Shown here piece after piece: positions 1 to 9,102 of a stretch of DNA of 64,000 bases. The position numbers and the translations under genes were made by a program. Numbering within the stretch: position 1 is the first letter of the stretch; each line of letters opens with the position of its first letter. The notes beneath the pieces were generated by a model, which was not told where the DNA came from, searched no databases, and worked only from the letters and a program-made list of their open reading frames with translations. The stretch is taken from contig JAVYRX010000002.1 in NCBI GenBank assembly GCA_038729485.1, forward strand, positions 124,739 to 188,738, given 5' to 3'. The DNA comes from Thermoplasmatales archaeon. GTDB lineage: Archaea; Thermoplasmatota; Thermoplasmata; Thermoplasmatales; GCA-001856825.

Positions 1-651
1 TTGAACCACGTTCTGCTCCACCAGACAGTAATAGGGCAGGAGGTGGAGAAACAGCTGGAGATCGTTGAAGAAACACCTGATATCTTGGTCGGGAACATTG
101 GTGGAGGTTCAAATTTTGGAGGGTTCTCCCTTCCGTTCATGGGCAAGAAGCTCAGAGGAAAGCTTGATGCTAGATTCGTAGCGTGTGAATCTGCCGCCGT
201 TCCACACACAACAAAGGGGACATATGCCTACGACTACGCGGATACTGGACATCTTACTCCGTTGCTTAAAATGTTAACACTAGGGAGCGATTACAGGAAC
301 CCGCCTATACACGCCGGAGGGTTGAGATACCACGGGATGTCGCCGATAATATCGTACTTGATAAACAGCGGATACATGGAATCCTATGCCTACCCGCAAA
401 ATGCTGTTTTTGAAGCAGGAACTATATTTGCCAGAACCGAGGGAATTATACCTGCACCCGAATCTGCTCACGAAATAAGATTCGTAATTGATGAGGCACT
501 GAGGTGTAAAAGGGAGGGAAAAGAGGAGGTCATAGTTTTCAACAATTCTGGGCATGGACTGTTGGATCTGTCAGCATACGATCTCTACAACCATGGTGGA
601 CTTGAGGACTACGAACCTAAACAATTTCCCTATCCTCATCTGGTACAATGA
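1..651 (+). CDS. trpB: Tryptophan synthase beta-like PLP enzyme (TrpB2 type), C-terminal part; the 5' end lies outside the window
   Basis: ORF is open from base 1. It has the GGGSNFGG glycine loop and a C-terminal NNSGHGLLDL, both typical of TrpB-family PLP enzymes. Confidence 0.75.
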   Translation: MNHVLLHQTVIGQEVEKQLEIVEETPDILVGNIGGGSNFGGFSLPFMGKKLRGKLDARFVACESAAVPHTTKGTYAYDYADTGHLTPLLKMLTLGSDYRNPPIHAGGLRYHGMSPIISYLINSGYMESYAYPQNAVFEAGTIFARTEGIIPAPESAHEIRFVIDEALRCKREGKEEVIVFNNSGHGLLDLSAYDLYNHGGLEDYEPKQFPYPHLVQ

Positions 652-731
652 TCTGAGATGGCGGAGAGTAACTTTGGAGATTGTTGTCATAAACTAATAT
701 GTGATTCCTAACGATACGCGATGAGATATAG

Positions 732-1910
732 ATGAAAATAGATGGATTTACACCGTATATCTTTAGCGGCAACATCGCGGACTTCTTGACTCCCCCGGTA
801 GATATGCTATCCGAAGATGACATCAAGGGGATGGCGGGAAGAAATTATAATGCGGCGGCCCTGATATTTAACCAAGATCCGGCTTCTCATCTTTCAGGAC
901 TTGTATCATCTGGAAAATTACAGAGCCTCGGGAAGAAGAAATCTATGCTTGTGCTTAGCCAGGAATTCGCGCATAACGGCGCAAAGATGTCCAGGGTAGG
1001 CCTGATCTGTTCGCTGGATATGGGAACGAACGAAAGTGAACTAATACCCCACGAATCCACAATTCGGGAATATGTGGAGAAGAGGAAAGATTTCCTGAAG
1101 AAAACTGAGGCCCAGTTAGAGCCTGTTTTCATTGTAGCCCCTAAGCGCGACCTCGAAAACGAACTTTTTACCGCTCTCGACAGGGGGAAAATGCTGCTCT
1201 CATTCGATGATTCTGCAGGCGTCAAAAACTCCCTGTACACTATTGATGATGAGCAAAGTATGAGAGCTATTTCAAACAGTCTGAGTGGAACGAGGGGGAT
1301 TATAGCTGATGGGCACCACAGGGTTAGAGCGATAATTGAAGTTAACAGGGAGAGGGAGAGAAAGGGTCTTGGCACGATACCACTGCTCTCATATGTGACC
1401 AGCCTGTATAGCCCTTCTATGGTCATATCAGGGGTACACAGGATAGTTAAAAATGAAAAAGAGGACGTTATCGAGAGGTTAGCCTCAGGTTTCAGATCAA
1501 CAGAAAGGGGAGACAGACGGGTAAACGGAGGGATGACGTTATACGATGGCTCTTACAAGGAGATACGCCCTAGAAAAAAGACTCTAGAAACCCTTAGATC
1601 CAATGGCCTGAAACCTGTAACTTTTGCAGACTTCTCGCATTTCCTGTTATATGGCAACTCAGGGGCTAACTATGAAATTTACAGCAGCGAAGGTATTAGT
1701 TTCACACCTTATGAGAGAATAGCGACGAATCAGGTTGACATGGGAGTAGCCAGTGCCGCCCTTCTTATGCCCAACTGGGAAAAGAAAATGTTGATCAAGG
1801 TAGTTTCCTCAGGCAGACTTCTCCCTCCCAAGTCAACATTTTTCACCCCTAAGATATTCGCAGGCATTACAGTAGCCATTCACGGAGGAAATTCATCAAA
1901 AGTTGTGTGA
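732..1910 (+). CDS. DUF1015-family protein (function unknown)
   Basis: 392-aa ORF. The central IIADGHHRVRA matches the DGHHR signature I associate with DUF1015. This rests on motif memory only. Confidence 0.55.
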   Translation: MKIDGFTPYIFSGNIADFLTPPVDMLSEDDIKGMAGRNYNAAALIFNQDPASHLSGLVSSGKLQSLGKKKSMLVLSQEFAHNGAKMSRVGLICSLDMGTNESELIPHESTIREYVEKRKDFLKKTEAQLEPVFIVAPKRDLENELFTALDRGKMLLSFDDSAGVKNSLYTIDDEQSMRAISNSLSGTRGIIADGHHRVRAIIEVNRERERKGLGTIPLLSYVTSLYSPSMVISGVHRIVKNEKEDVIERLASGFRSTERGDRRVNGGMTLYDGSYKEIRPRKKTLETLRSNGLKPVTFADFSHFLLYGNSGANYEIYSSEGISFTPYERIATNQVDMGVASAALLMPNWEKKMLIKVVSSGRLLPPKSTFFTPKIFAGITVAIHGGNSSKVV

Positions 1911-2123
1911 AGACCAAGAAACTCTGAACTGAAAGTAACCGCAAAAGCTTAGAATTCCGTGTTCTACGTTAAACATTGAAAACTCTGAAGCTGGCAATTA
2001 ATTAGGTAAAATGTGCGGTTAAATTTTAAGGAATATGGCATATTAGGAGAGCAGTTATTCTCCAGCATTAAAACGGGGGATCAGCGGAAAGGGTAAAATA
2101 CAGCAATAATTTTTCCCATATCC

Positions 2124-2196
2124 GCCACCGTAGCTCAGTCGGAAGAGCAGCTGATTTGTAATCAGCAGGTCGGGGGCTCGATTCCCTCCGGTGGCT
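2124..2196 (+). tRNA. tRNA-Thr (anticodon UGU)
   Basis: Hand-folded cloverleaf: acceptor GCCACCG/CGGTGGC, D stem GCTC/GAGC, anticodon stem GCTGA/TCAGC with loop TTTGTAA, T stem GGGGG/CCCTC. No CCA is encoded. The T loop reads CTCGATT, which is atypical. Confidence 0.85.
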
Positions 2197-2590
2197 TCAT
2201 TCAAGTCAAAGCGGTAATTAGCACGTTCTATTACATTTATCAGAAAGGAGGGATACCCCAAAGAAATCGTTTCGCTCTTACAAATCGCTCATAGCACGTT
2301 GCCCAATCTGGAATAGACGTTCCAGAGGAAATACTCAACCAACACTCGCCAGAGAAATAGAAACCTGATATGAGGAAGAACCTAGTTCAAATAAAACTGT
2401 TAGCACCTCATATTATCTGAAACTTCGAGATAAACCTAACACCTTGAAAAGAACTTGGAAGAATTCATTATATTTAGCAGTGTAATCAAAACGGGGATTT
2501 GAAATGGAAGAAGGGCCACTGGGCCAAGCATCGCTACCGAGAGTTTTCGGTCATCAATAGAAATTTATATTGAATACACATAACGGATGA

Positions 2591-2740
2591 ATGCCATTCA
2601 AAGAAGCAATGGATAGAATATTCAACAAAAAGATCTGCATGCACTGCTATGCTTCAAATCCGATTAGGGCAACCACGTGCAGGAAGTGCGGAAGTCACGA
2701 GCTAAGGCTCAAGGCCAAGGAAAAAAGAGGGGGACAATAG
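2591..2740 (+). CDS. rpl40e: 50S ribosomal protein L40e
   Basis: 49-aa ORF below the ORF-track cutoff: [49 protein letters not shown]. It has the C-x2-C...C-x2-C zinc ribbon and a basic tail typical of L40e. A TTTATAT box lies about 25 nt upstream. Confidence 0.85.
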   Translation: MPFKEAMDRIFNKKICMHCYASNPIRATTCRKCGSHELRLKAKEKRGGQ

Positions 2741-2741
2741 A

Positions 2742-3326
2742 CTAAAGGCATTTTTGGATTGTTATTTCAACGGCCTTTATCATGTGCTCCATTGCCATCG
2801 TGGGATATTTTCCATCTATTGAAGAATCCGGCGTCAGCGGAAAATGAATAAACCCTGCCGGGGCGCTAGTTCTTCGCAGCGTTGTAAAAAATATCTTGTT
2901 ACAAAGGAATGTCCCGGCAAAATACGAAATTTCTGAAGGAATGCCTGAAGATCTCAATGAATGAACCAGGCGTTCTACGTCAATTCTCGCGAAAATGGCA
3001 TCGGGTCCGGCTTCTTCGATCCGCCCTGTCGAGGGGGCTATTCCCTCCTCGTCCTTTATATCGGTCTGCCAATTTAGAGCCACCTTTTCAACGCTTATGG
3101 ATTTGCTGGCAGGCGCCAAGCCAGTGTTCACTATCAGAGAGTATTTCACCTCAAGCTCTTTCAAATACCTGCCTCTAATTTCAGAATTCTTGACCTCAAG
3201 CTTTATTCCCCTCACTTCTTCCCCTTTGAAATATGAACCATCCAGCAATTCTGCTATTTCTCCAGATGGATTCTTCTTGTAAACAGAGAATGGAGTGAAC
3301 CCTGTGATCAAGATAATCCGTACCAC
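2742..3326 (-). CDS. pcp: Pyrrolidone-carboxylate (pyroglutamyl) peptidase I
   Basis: 194 aa. It has the N-terminal ILITGFTPF, the catalytic Cys context AGTFLCN and a C-terminal GFIHFP (His). Confidence 0.85.
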   Translation of the reverse strand: MVRIILITGFTPFSVYKKNPSGEIAELLDGSYFKGEEVRGIKLEVKNSEIRGRYLKELEVKYSLIVNTGLAPASKSISVEKVALNWQTDIKDEEGIAPSTGRIEEAGPDAIFARIDVERLVHSLRSSGIPSEISYFAGTFLCNKIFFTTLRRTSAPAGFIHFPLTPDSSIDGKYPTMAMEHMIKAVEITIQKCL

Positions 3327-4471
3327 CCCAACTGTTTCATCACGTAATCTCTCGTTCCTTCTATATCCTCTTTATAGCGCACCTTTCCCTTATCCACTAC
3401 CTTAACCATTAGATTCTCCATCCTTGCGCCATCCCTTGGACAATATGCCTCGCCATCTGTGTTCACCAGAAAGGCGTGACATTCCGGACAGCGGAACACA
3501 TTCTTGTTTCCTGAGAATTTGCCCTTCTTTGTCTTGTCAACGCCCTCGATCTGCACAATATCCATTGCGAAATCTATTGCAGATGCACTGGATATTGCTG
3601 TTCCCACTCCGAAGCCCGTTGCGCCTGCCTCCTTCAATCTCTCAATGTCCTCCTCCTTAATGCCACCGGATACTATTATTCCGACGTGCTTGTATCCTCT
3701 CAGATCAAGCTCCCACCTTACTTCTCTGACTATGTCAGCGAAGTTTCCCCGCCTAGAGGAAGGAGTGTCAAGCCTCACTGCATCCAAACCCTCTATGGTC
3801 CTAGCGGCCCTCAGAGAAGCTTCTTTTTCGTCCCCGTAAGTGTCCACCAGCGCTACCTTCATTATTCCCTTCTCAACCACCTCGTCGTACATCTTCCAGC
3901 CTTTTTCTTCCCCGAGAAGCAGAAGTAGAGAGTGGGGCATGGTCCCTTCCGGCCTCTTTCCTATTCTTTCGGCCCCTATTATGCTGGAAACCTTGTCGCA
4001 TCCCCCAATGTATGCATTCCTATCCACCAGCGGAGCAAGGGCTGGATGCATCCTCCTGATGCCGAATGAAATAAGGGGAAGATCTCCGATTCTTTTCTTG
4101 AAATACGAAGCTTTCGTCGCTATTCCTGAAGCCTGCGATAGAGAGCCCAAAATGGGCGTCTCGTACATGCCAAAATCAAGGTACCTGCCAACTATCTTCA
4201 GTACGGGGACCGGGACGTCTCTCACGTCCTTTGGGGGTAGCACCGTTCCTTCCGGCAAGGCATATGCATCAACTCCCTTTCCTTCCAGAATAGAAACAAC
4301 GTCGTCAAGTCCAGTCAGCGTGATCCAGGGGATGTCCCTTGACGATGACGTTACCTCCATTATTACGGTCGGATTTGCGCCTACAGCCTCAAGCACCTTT
4401 CTCGCTCTGATGAAATAAATGTCGGTGGTTTTGAGGTTTGCAATATCCTCAAAGGATGCGATATTCTTCAT
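3308..4471 (-). CDS. pncB: Nicotinate phosphoribosyltransferase (archaeal type with C-terminal zinc ribbon)
   Basis: 387 aa. It has a type II PRTase-like barrel region and a C-terminal CPECH...CPRDG zinc ribbon, as I recall for the Thermoplasma NAPRTase. It shares a 4-nt overlap with the nicotinamidase gene upstream. Confidence 0.7.
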   Translation of the reverse strand: MKNIASFEDIANLKTTDIYFIRARKVLEAVGANPTVIMEVTSSSRDIPWITLTGLDDVVSILEGKGVDAYALPEGTVLPPKDVRDVPVPVLKIVGRYLDFGMYETPILGSLSQASGIATKASYFKKRIGDLPLISFGIRRMHPALAPLVDRNAYIGGCDKVSSIIGAERIGKRPEGTMPHSLLLLLGEEKGWKMYDEVVEKGIMKVALVDTYGDEKEASLRAARTIEGLDAVRLDTPSSRRGNFADIVREVRWELDLRGYKHVGIIVSGGIKEEDIERLKEAGATGFGVGTAISSASAIDFAMDIVQIEGVDKTKKGKFSGNKNVFRCPECHAFLVNTDGEAYCPRDGARMENLMVKVVDKGKVRYKEDIEGTRDYVMKQLGWYGLS

Positions 4472-4995
4472 TTAACAATGATGTCTGCTACAGATATTAT
4501 TTTTGCTCCGTAATTCTTTTCCATGTATCTAAGCGTTCTTTCCTTGGCGTCATCAGAAAATGTATCCGTGCATTCTCTCGGGACAATCGGATGGAACCCC
4601 CTGAAGAACGATGACGCAACGCTGTGCGCAACGCAAATATCCGTGACCACTCCGCAGAATGCGATTTCCTTGAAGCCCTTCCCTTTCAGTATCTCCTCGA
4701 GCCCTGTTTTGTAGAAAGCGTCATAGGTATTCTTATAAATTACTTCCCCCATTCCCCTCAGGGCTGGTACGGTTTGGGCCTCATCCGTTCCAGCCATGGC
4801 ATGCGGGCCCCATACTGAAATCTCGGTGTCATCTGGCCTGTGCGCATCCTGTACCAGGACAGTGAATTTCTTTGTATGCGCAATCAGGTCTCTTGTTGAT
4901 TCTACTGAGCTCTCGAATTTTGGTGAACCCATCCTGCCACTCACAAAGACGTTTATGAAGTCTATTGCAACGATTGCGTCTATGTTCACCACCAT
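4468..4995 (-). CDS. pncA: Nicotinamidase / isochorismatase-family cysteine hydrolase
   Basis: 175 aa. It has the Cys-hydrolase context FCGVVTDICV and is translationally coupled to the NAPRTase, forming an NAD salvage pair. Confidence 0.75.
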   Translation of the reverse strand: MVVNIDAIVAIDFINVFVSGRMGSPKFESSVESTRDLIAHTKKFTVLVQDAHRPDDTEISVWGPHAMAGTDEAQTVPALRGMGEVIYKNTYDAFYKTGLEEILKGKGFKEIAFCGVVTDICVAHSVASSFFRGFHPIVPRECTDTFSDDAKERTLRYMEKNYGAKIISVADIIVK

Positions 4996-6335
4996 GCGTA
5001 GCTTCCCTCCGACGTATCTTCAACCCTGATGCCGTAAGATCTCAAATTATCTCTTATTTCGTCAGCGCCTTTGAAATCGCCGCGTTTTCTAAGGTCATCC
5101 CTCATTTTCAATATGATGTCCATTGAGACGGATGGAAGGTGAGTAGATCTGACTATGCCTGTTATCTTTTCTATCTCAGACAGCACGTATTTTGCTTCCC
5201 CCCTTTCGCGGGCAGTCATCGTACCTCTGCCAAGGAATTCCTTCACGTACGAGATGATCTCTCTCATCATTTCAGGTGTATTCATATCATCTTCCAGCTT
5301 CGAGAATATCCCATTTAAAATGACATCTGCTTCGTCCGTCTTCTTTTCCTCTTCGTTGAGAAGGCGATGAGCCGCCATTGATATTCTTTCTGCATTTGCC
5401 TGTGCGTCCATGGCCGCCTTGACGTCGAAATTGACTGCTGCGCTGTAATGCATTGAAAGCATCATTATCCTTATGGCCTCCGGCCAGTAATTCTTGAGGG
5501 CCTCGTCCACGGATATGAAATTCTTTAGGCTCTTGCTCATCTTTATGTTCTCCACGTTAAGGTGGCCGGTATGAACCCAGAACCTCACCATCGGCTCCCT
5601 GCCAGAAATAGACTCCATCTGTGCTATCTCCGACTCATGGTGGGGAAATATCAGGTCCTTGGCGCCGCCATGTATATCGTAATTTTGCCCGAAGATCGAT
5701 TCCGTTATGGCCGTATCTTCTATGTGCCACCCCGGCCGCCCGTCACCCCACGGGCTTGCCCAATAAGGCTCGCCTTCCTTCCTCTTCTTCCAGAGGGCAA
5801 AATCAAGTGGATCGTCTTTGTGTTCGTTTATCTCAACCCTTGCCCCCGCTCGCAAGGCGCCGACGTTCTGATGTGAAAGTTTTCCGTAACCCTTGAACTT
5901 GCTAACCCTGAAATAGACGCCGTCTTCAGCTTCATACGCATACCCTCTTTCTATAAGCCTTGAAATCTGGGATATGATTTCGTCTATGAAATCTGTGGCG
6001 AATGCGTAATAGTTCACAGAGCTGTTCTTCAGTTCCCCCATAGTTCTGAAGAACTCTTGGGAGTAGGTGGCCGTTATTTCGCTCCAGGGGACGCCGGTTT
6101 CATTAGACTTATTGATTATATGATCCTCCATGTCCGTGATGTTCATAAGATAGAAAAGCCTGAAACCCTTGCGTCTAAGATATTTGGCCAGAACGTCATA
6201 AAATATGTACGTCCTGGCATGGCCCATGTGCGGTTTGTCGTAGACCGTTGGGCCGCAGACGAACATATTCAACCTTCTGCCCCTGACTGATTCTATTTCT
6301 TTGAGCGAGGAAGTAAGCGTATCGAAAATTTGCAT
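4986..6335 (-). CDS. cysS: Cysteine--tRNA ligase
   Basis: 449 aa with class I signatures HMGHARTY (HIGH) and KMSKSL (KMSKS). Confidence 0.95.
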   Translation of the reverse strand: MQIFDTLTSSLKEIESVRGRRLNMFVCGPTVYDKPHMGHARTYIFYDVLAKYLRRKGFRLFYLMNITDMEDHIINKSNETGVPWSEITATYSQEFFRTMGELKNSSVNYYAFATDFIDEIISQISRLIERGYAYEAEDGVYFRVSKFKGYGKLSHQNVGALRAGARVEINEHKDDPLDFALWKKRKEGEPYWASPWGDGRPGWHIEDTAITESIFGQNYDIHGGAKDLIFPHHESEIAQMESISGREPMVRFWVHTGHLNVENIKMSKSLKNFISVDEALKNYWPEAIRIMMLSMHYSAAVNFDVKAAMDAQANAERISMAAHRLLNEEEKKTDEADVILNGIFSKLEDDMNTPEMMREIISYVKEFLGRGTMTARERGEAKYVLSEIEKITGIVRSTHLPSVSMDIILKMRDDLRKRGDFKGADEIRDNLRSYGIRVEDTSEGSYAWW

Positions 6336-6386
6336 AATCTGAGAAAACGACCATGATTAAATTATTTATCGTAAATAATATGTAGA

Positions 6387-7559
6387 TTGATGCGAGAAAA
6401 ACTGGAAGACGTCCAGCAAAAAACGACGTTTCTCAAGGGCAAAAGAGTAATATTAGGCGTAACTGGCTCCATTTCAGCTGTGGAGACGGTGAAATTGATT
6501 CACGAATTGAGGAGGCATGGTGCTGAAGTTTCTCCTGTAATGACACCCTCCGCAAGGGAAATCATAGGTCCCTTTGCTCTCCAGTATGCATCAGGAAACG
6601 ACGTTGTAGATAAAATTACAGGAGCGATAGAGCACGTAAGTCTCGTGGAAGATTCGGATATCCTTCTTATTGCTCCTGCGACTGCCAACACGATATCAAA
6701 GATGGCGCATGGAATTGACGATACCCCTGTAACTTCTGTCTTTTCGAATGCACTAGGCTCCATTCCTGTGCTGGTGGCTCCGGCTATGCATCAAAATATG
6801 TACAGAAATCCCATAATTCTAAAAAATATTGAAACGCTCAAAGCCCATGGCGTTTCATTCGTTGATCCAGTAATTGAAGAGGGGAAGGCTAAGATTGCTG
6901 ATATGGAAAGCATAGTTGCGGAAGCCATCAGAAAGCTCAACACGACACTTTTAGGAAAGAAAGTGTGTGTAGTTGGCGGGTCCAGCTTTGAACAGATAGA
7001 CGATGTAAGGATTATAACCAATAATTCTTCAGGCGAAACATCCATAGCGCTTGCCGTTGTTTCCTATTATATGGGTGCCGATCTCTCCCTGTTTCTAGGG
7101 ACTGTGAGAACCAGGATCCCGGCATTCCTGAAGTACAGGAGATTTTCCAGCGTGGAATCCCTGATATCAATGGTAGAAGAGATCGCTGCAAATGACGTTG
7201 TATTTGTTCCCGCTGCCCTCTCTGATTTTACTGTCAGGAAGACAAAGGGGAAAATCACATCAGAATCCGGTCTTTCTTTGGACCTTGAATCTGCGCCAAA
7301 ATTCCTGAAGATTCTAAGGAAAAACTTCAAAGGAAAGATCATCGGTTTCAAGGCAGAGTACGGCATATCAAAGAAAGAACTTAAATCGCGCGCCAGAAAG
7401 AGGATGGAAGAGTATTCCCTAGACGGAATTGTCGCAAACGATCTTACGGACGTCAAGGAAGGAGTGACTAAGGTGGTAGTCATCAAGAAAGGAAATGAAA
7501 TTGAAATCGAAGGTGATAAGATTGGAGTCGCAAAAAGAATCATCGAATTCGTTTCGTAG
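6387..7559 (+). CDS. coaBC: Bifunctional phosphopantothenoylcysteine decarboxylase / phosphopantothenate-cysteine ligase
   Basis: 390 aa. It has an N-terminal flavoprotein domain (GVTGSISAVE, PATANT) and a C-terminal CoaB-like domain (ITNNSSGETS). Confidence 0.85.
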   Translation: MMREKLEDVQQKTTFLKGKRVILGVTGSISAVETVKLIHELRRHGAEVSPVMTPSAREIIGPFALQYASGNDVVDKITGAIEHVSLVEDSDILLIAPATANTISKMAHGIDDTPVTSVFSNALGSIPVLVAPAMHQNMYRNPIILKNIETLKAHGVSFVDPVIEEGKAKIADMESIVAEAIRKLNTTLLGKKVCVVGGSSFEQIDDVRIITNNSSGETSIALAVVSYYMGADLSLFLGTVRTRIPAFLKYRRFSSVESLISMVEEIAANDVVFVPAALSDFTVRKTKGKITSESGLSLDLESAPKFLKILRKNFKGKIIGFKAEYGISKKELKSRARKRMEEYSLDGIVANDLTDVKEGVTKVVVIKKGNEIEIEGDKIGVAKRIIEFVS

Positions 7560-8379
7560 TGCCTTTTCCCCCGGAAGCGCAACCCTATTCTTCGTACCGA
7601 ATCGTGAGAGGGACGTATTGAAGAAGGGATCCAAGGGAGTGGCAATTTGCGTGGAAGCTGGAATGACAACAAGAGCCCAGCCTGCCGACTCAATGGACAT
7701 TAGATTCAATGGTATACCCATAGATAACTCGATCCAGGAGGAGGTCGCCCGCAAACTAGGCTTCACCGGAAAGATACTGTCAACATCTCCCCTTCCACCT
7801 TCAAGCGGTTTTGGCCTGAGTGCCGGAGCTGCGCTGACTACGGCAGCAGTGATCCTCGGCGACAACACCAAACTTAGCGATGTTTACAGCATAGCTCACC
7901 AGATAGAACTTGAACGCGGCACGGGATTAGGAGACGTACAATCCCAAGCTTCTGGCGGGTTCCACGTCAGGATGAAAGGGGGAACTTTTCCTTATTCAGT
8001 CACGGAGAAGATACTGCATTCTCAGAGGGATCTTATTATTCTGCCTTTCAAGAAAAAGGTCCCGACGGGGGAAATAATAAGATCGCAGTCAAGCGTAGAG
8101 GAAATAATCAAGAATGGAAACAGGGCGATGACTGCCTTCCTCAAGAAGCCAACGATGGAAAACGCGTTCGTATTTGGAAGAAGGTTTTCAGAGGAATCGG
8201 GTCTTATATCTCAGAAAGCGGAGGTGATTCTGGACGACCTTGAGGGGAAATTTGCGTCTGTTTCTCTGATAGGGGATAGCATCATAGCCCTTTACGATGA
8301 GGATACAATGGATATCCTCAAGAAATACGGGGACCCCGTCAAGACCCGAATATCATTTACCGGCCTTAACCTAGGATAG
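7495..8379 (+). CDS. GHMP-family kinase resembling archaeal pantoate kinase (PoK)
   Basis: N-terminal AFSPGSATLFFVP, GHMP motif SGFGLSAGAALTTA, then AHQIELERGTGLGDVQSQASGG, which matches my memory of the PoK pattern. The start is uncertain (ATG 7495, TTG 7501/7522 or GTG 7513). The gene overlaps the coaBC 3' end. Confidence 0.6.
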   Translation: MKLKSKVIRLESQKESSNSFRSAFSPGSATLFFVPNRERDVLKKGSKGVAICVEAGMTTRAQPADSMDIRFNGIPIDNSIQEEVARKLGFTGKILSTSPLPPSSGFGLSAGAALTTAAVILGDNTKLSDVYSIAHQIELERGTGLGDVQSQASGGFHVRMKGGTFPYSVTEKILHSQRDLIILPFKKKVPTGEIIRSQSSVEEIIKNGNRAMTAFLKKPTMENAFVFGRRFSEESGLISQKAEVILDDLEGKFASVSLIGDSIIALYDEDTMDILKKYGDPVKTRISFTGLNLG

Positions 8380-9102
8380 CTGGAACAATAGTGTGTTGTT
8401 CACGTTTGCAACGGCTACCCCGAAGACCTCTTCCATCTTAACCGGCAAGTTGGGGTCATCCCTATTTCCTAGATACCTCAACCTACCATCCTTGATAAGC
8501 ACCAGAGTCCCGTCTATCTTATTGACGGCACTTATGTCGTGTGAAACGAGAATGACGCCTTTGTTCTCCATGCTTTCGACTATTTCAAGGACCTCCTTGG
8601 TGGATTTTACATCCAGGTGCGCTGTGGGTTCATCCATCAGCACGTATCTTGAATCCTGGACCAATGCCCTCGCTATGACTGCCTTCTGGAGCTCTCCTCC
8701 AGATAGGCCATTTATGCTCTTATCCCTGAGTTCCCATAACCCCACTTTCTCTATAGCCTCATTGACCCTCTCGTCTGTGGAGTTCCAATCTCTTGTGAGA
8801 CTGTACTGACCCATCGCAACAAATTCACATACTGAAAAGGTATAGAGGGTTGAAAATATCTGGGGCACGTATGCAGTTTTCCTGGCCAGTTCGCGTCTGT
8901 TCAATCTGGATATCTCTGTTCCGTCTATCTTAATTTGCCCATCATGGGGTACGAGACCCAGAATTGCCTTCAAGACTGTCGTTTTACCGGATCCGTTTGG
9001 TCCCATGAATATCACATGCTCTCCGTCTCCTACCCTTAAGTTGAATCCATCCACGGCAACCTTCTTTCCGTAGGTCACCGTAAGGTTCGATATCTCTATC
9101 AT
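8371..9102 (-). CDS. ABC transporter ATP-binding protein (FecE/BtuD-like iron-chelate/cobalamin type)
   Basis: Walker A GPNGSGKTT, signature LSGGELQK and Walker B VLMDEPTAHLD. It lies in an operon with a FecCD-type permease. Confidence 0.85.
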   Translation of the reverse strand: MIEISNLTVTYGKKVAVDGFNLRVGDGEHVIFMGPNGSGKTTVLKAILGLVPHDGQIKIDGTEISRLNRRELARKTAYVPQIFSTLYTFSVCEFVAMGQYSLTRDWNSTDERVNEAIEKVGLWELRDKSINGLSGGELQKAVIARALVQDSRYVLMDEPTAHLDVKSTKEVLEIVESMENKGVILVSHDISAVNKIDGTLVLIKDGRLRYLGNRDDPNLPVKMEEVFGVAVANVNNTLLFQLS

